Origin: Neoechinorhynchus agilis
Taxonomy: Eukaryota; Animalia; Acanthocephala
Assembly: GCA_051530055.1 (NCBI GenBank)
Contig: CM121341.1
Location: 16,408,784 to 16,472,783 of the forward strand
Length of the DNA stretch: 64,000 bases
Direction of reading: 5' to 3'
Shown here: in pieces, positions 60,700-64,000 of the stretch
Layout of the letters: each line of letters begins with the position of its first letter
Position numbering within the stretch: the stretch's first letter is position 1
Translations under genes and position numbers: made by a program
The notes under the pieces: model-generated
The model's input: the letters and a program-made list of their open reading frames with translations, nothing else
What the model was told of the DNA's origin: nothing
Databases searched by the model: none

Positions 60700-61250
60700 A
60701 TTTTATAGAATGACGAAAACCCCGTATATCCGATCTTAGTGAATCACTTTGAAAAAAGCGCAATGGAATCGATTGTGATTAAACCGGCCTTCTACAAGAG
60801 ATGCAAAGACGATTCTGATGGAAAACGTTGCTCTCCGTCTATCGACGATAACTAGCCATTTACGACACGAATTGTTATTTCATAGACCGACGAAAACACC
60901 ATTTTTGCGATCTTAGTGGATCAACTGGGAAAAAACGCAGTAGAATCTTACGCGATTAAATCGGTCTTCTACAAGAGATACGTAGATGATTGTTTTGAAC
61001 CAAGAACCAAAAAATTGAATTTATTCTACACAAACTGCGACACCAGAACGAAGTAGAAAAAGTTGAATAAAAATGTTAACGAATCAGTCAACTGTTCATA
61101 ACAATGATATATTCGCGATTTTGCCGGGTACGTATTCATTAAACATCTAAACCGCGAGCATAATCGAATCATATTCACCATGAATAGGTCCGATGAAAAT
61201 GGAAGGTTGCCGTTTCCAGATGTGTTGATTCAAAATAATGGGACACGAAA
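60700..61250 (+). mobile_element. Penelope-like RT fragment with an internal tandem duplication
   Basis: PILVNHFEKSAMESIVIKPAFYKRCKDD, then a second copy AILVDQLGKNAVESYAIKSVFYKRYVDDCF, then HLNREHNRIIFTM..ENGRLPFPDVLI. Confidence 0.75.
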
Positions 61251-61689
61251 TCATTTGTTACATTGTCAGCTGATTTTCTCGACCGCATGTATATATTTCC
61301 TTTTTTATTGATGTGAATTATTCTAGCACTTTCGGCGGTCGGAGAAATTTTGTTTTACATCAGAGAAATGATATGACCACTTAAACTCTGATGAAACGTT
61401 AAGAGTTCGTACAGCCCTCCGGATCTTCGAATACCTCCATCCAGGGGGCGGGACTCATCTGTGAGTTTCTTCCCTTCTGCGGTATTTCGTCCCCTTTGGT
61501 TATGCCTGTTGAGCACACCGATTCCGTCTGCTGAATGAAATTTCAGCCCATAGATAAAAATTGTAAGCTTGACTAATAGAGCGAAGGAATAACACTAAAA
61601 AATCCATAGCCCGCATTGACATGTTTACAATTTTCCTAAAAACCCTTGTAAAACTAGCGAAAATCGACCCTATTATTTTTCATCATCTT

Positions 61690-63460
61690 CGTGTCAAATA
61701 ATTTAATGCTTAAATTAAGTAAGAGATCGATTCTGCGTTTTTTATAATCCAATCAATCAGTTCGATCTTTATTTGCAAAATTAAGAAGATTGTGCATACG
61801 GCTAATAAAATGAGTTCGTCGTTTAAATCAACCGATTTATTCAGAACGGAAATCGTGACTTTGGCGGACACTTCCAAATGTGAGGATTTAATCTATTAAA
61901 AAATACTTAATATTCGACTATATTAAGGAGCACTTCTCTTAATTTCACGGAAAGGTTCAGTGCTGCGACTTAACGGAAGCAAAAGTTATCTGGTGGAAGT
62001 GTCGCGAGAGCTCCTTGAATTCGCATTCGCATTCGCAATTGAAACTTTGCAAAAGTTCTTGTACGTTTTAGTGCCAAATATGAAATTCGAAATCAATTCG
62101 ACTTCAAAAAACCAATATCACATTTTCAGATTTTCTTTTATTTTTAAGTGCCCTCTGAAGCGTCAAATTAAACGCTTAAATCGTCATCGGGCGTTGGCTT
62201 GAAGCCGAAACTTACTGTTATAGTAGTGAGAAATAATAAAGTTATGTAGCTTTTTCGCAATGAAAGGTCGTTAGCGAAAACAATGCTCTTTGCAGAATAT
62301 TCACGAAATGATCTCTCCCCTAAGAACCAGAGGAAAACCTCCTAAGTTATGACGCTCAATCGAAAATATTTCCTAGCGTTAGGGAAAACATTTTTCACGT
62401 AAATTCCCACTCGCAAAGTTTTTGCATCGTTTGTTTTTCAAATTCATTAATTACATTATTTGCGAAATTTCAGTGAACTAAAAAACATAATTTGTAAACA
62501 ATAAAACTCAAAAATTGATAATACCTTAAATTAAAAACGATGGAAGTAAAAAATAAGGCAGGAATTAAAAGCCATTAAATTTATTAATTTTCTTGTAAAA
62601 GATTAATAGACTGAGTAAAGAATGCTTTTGTACCACTAAATAGTTTTAGATTCAAAGTTTATATTTTTTATAACTGCGCTAAACTAGACTTTAACACTTA
62701 TAAATATCGAACTTGATTGCATTACACAGATAAATTAGCTACTTCGCTGTTTTGACTTCCGATAAACCATTGATTTTTCGCTTAATCACTTTGTTAACTT
62801 CAGCGAAGAATTGTTCGATATTGAGCTTTATGGATAGAAAATTTGATCGAAATAACATCATCCTTAACAGTGGTAATTTTTGTTTTCTTATAAATCTTCC
62901 AATTTTGCTTCTGCTAATGTTACAGTCTTTATTGCTGTCAACGGAACAAGACATTTTTGGGGCAAATTTTCGATATGAGCTGTTGTATTCTGCTCGTTAA
63001 ACAACACTGTCCACTTGGCGTGCCTCGTCGGACGTCTGATCATTGGAATCATCATTCTTGGTTTCCGTTTCACCACCTTCGGTCGTCATAAGATCATGCT
63101 CATAGCCATCATTTCTATAGTTTGAATCTCAACTTTCTGCACCAACAGAAAGCAAGCCAAGGTCGGTTAAATTCTTGTATGCGTTGTTTGCGAGGTCAGA
63201 AATTATTTACAGAATTTGAGAAATATCATGCGCTTTTTATTTGAAATCTAAACAAATGTGCAGTTCCTAAAGCTCCAATGAAATTACTAGCTACGAATAT
63301 ACCGTTTCCAGTAACCTTTTTTATCTCACTAAAAGATCCGCGGTTATTGATTCGATTGAAAACGAGATCCTTTGTAAAATTGAAATAAAGGCTGCAATGC
63401 CATACCGTACAAAAAACTCGACGAACTCGAGAATACAATGGCATGTTGCAGCAGTCGAGA
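61690..63460. repeat. Gene-fragment mosaic repeat, copy 3 (direct part to ~63085, then rearranged pieces including an inverted GLUT fragment 63220-63460)
   Basis: 61690-63085 is collinear with copies 1 and 2. 63090-63158 is the reverse complement of 41512-41580. 63160-63210 matches 39995-40040 directly. 63220-63460 is the reverse complement of ~39290-39540. Confidence 0.82.
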
Positions 63461-63499
63461 GGGATTAATTCGAAAAATTTGGAGAAGTTCATTTAGAGT

Positions 63500-63760
63500 T
63501 TGTGATTGGCAAAGAAATATTTGACCTAGATGATTTCGTTAGCTATTAAGGAGAGGGAGAGGCGGGAGGGTGATTGAGTGATGAGGGTGAGATCGTCGGC
63601 ATATGGCATATAAGAAAAGTTAAGAAAGAGACAAGAATGGTTTAAGTTCGTTAGGAAAATATTAAACAGAACTGGTGACAGGACAGCACATTGAGGGACG
63701 CCTTTGGTGAGCGATATTCTGATCGAGAAGGTAGTAGCCCGGCAAGGCCAGCCAGAACGT
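63500..63760 (-). mobile_element. L2/CR1-like RT fragment
   Basis: SLTKGVPQCAVLSPVLFNIFL..MPYADDLTLI, similar to 48250-48400. Confidence 0.85.
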
Positions 63761-64000
63761 TTTGGTGTAACGCGAATTCTTCGAAACCGATTCGGTCCAA
63801 ACAAATTGTGACGAACGACATTTTCTTAGGTTATTTTCAAGATACCCGAAATCGCAGTGTACGTAATCACTTACAAGACATGAATTTATTAGAAGGCAAA
63901 TCGTGTGCGCAGATCTTCGAGTTTCTTGGTGACCTGTTAAAAACAGAATCCGAAATGTGGAAAATTTCTTTTTTTGCAGCTTACCTCATTCGGCGTTCTG

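Noticed and set aside
1-64000. CRISPR array, prokaryotic operon or phage system, rRNA/tRNA genes, telomeric arrays
   Set aside because: No regularly spaced repeat-spacer units, no recognisable rRNA, tRNA cloverleaf or TTAGGG run. Spliceosomal introns and metazoan gene families show this is animal nuclear DNA.
1-64000. Assignment to a specific taxon or a variant genetic code
   Set aside because: Short introns and SHARK fit several compact-genome invertebrate lineages. Long ORFs translate cleanly with the standard code and end at ordinary stops.

Overview
Eukaryotic (metazoan) genomic DNA, AT-rich, with very short GT-AG introns. Most introns I could count are 44-47 nt, and a few candidates are 22-40 nt. 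The species cannot be determined from the sequence alone. The first ~37 kb is gene-rich: an RERE/atrophin-like gene running off the window edge (missing from the ORF track), an Elongin-C-like protein whose domain is split by a ~285-aa insert, neurochondrin, a SHARK-type SH2-ANK-SH2 tyrosine kinase, an intronless GLUT/SLC2 transporter, an MPPED-type metallophosphoesterase, ORC3 and several orphan ORFs. A decayed LINE carrying a nested CRE-clade retrotransposon lies at 8.9-13.5 kb. The last ~27 kb is mostly decayed mobile elements (CRE/RLE, L2/CR1-like, Penelope-like, RTE-like, one internally deleted Ty3/gypsy) plus one EF-hand gene. The most notable structure is a multi-kb dispersed repeat (three large copies and one partial). 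It is a mosaic of host-gene pieces: the promoter and 5' CDS of the GLUT gene present in this same window, an intron-containing Arp2 fragment and unidentified exons. The third copy is reshuffled into a direct/inverted patchwork. All protein assignments come from my hand translation and remembered family motifs, with no database search. Repeat boundaries, exon limits and identity estimates are by eye and approximate.
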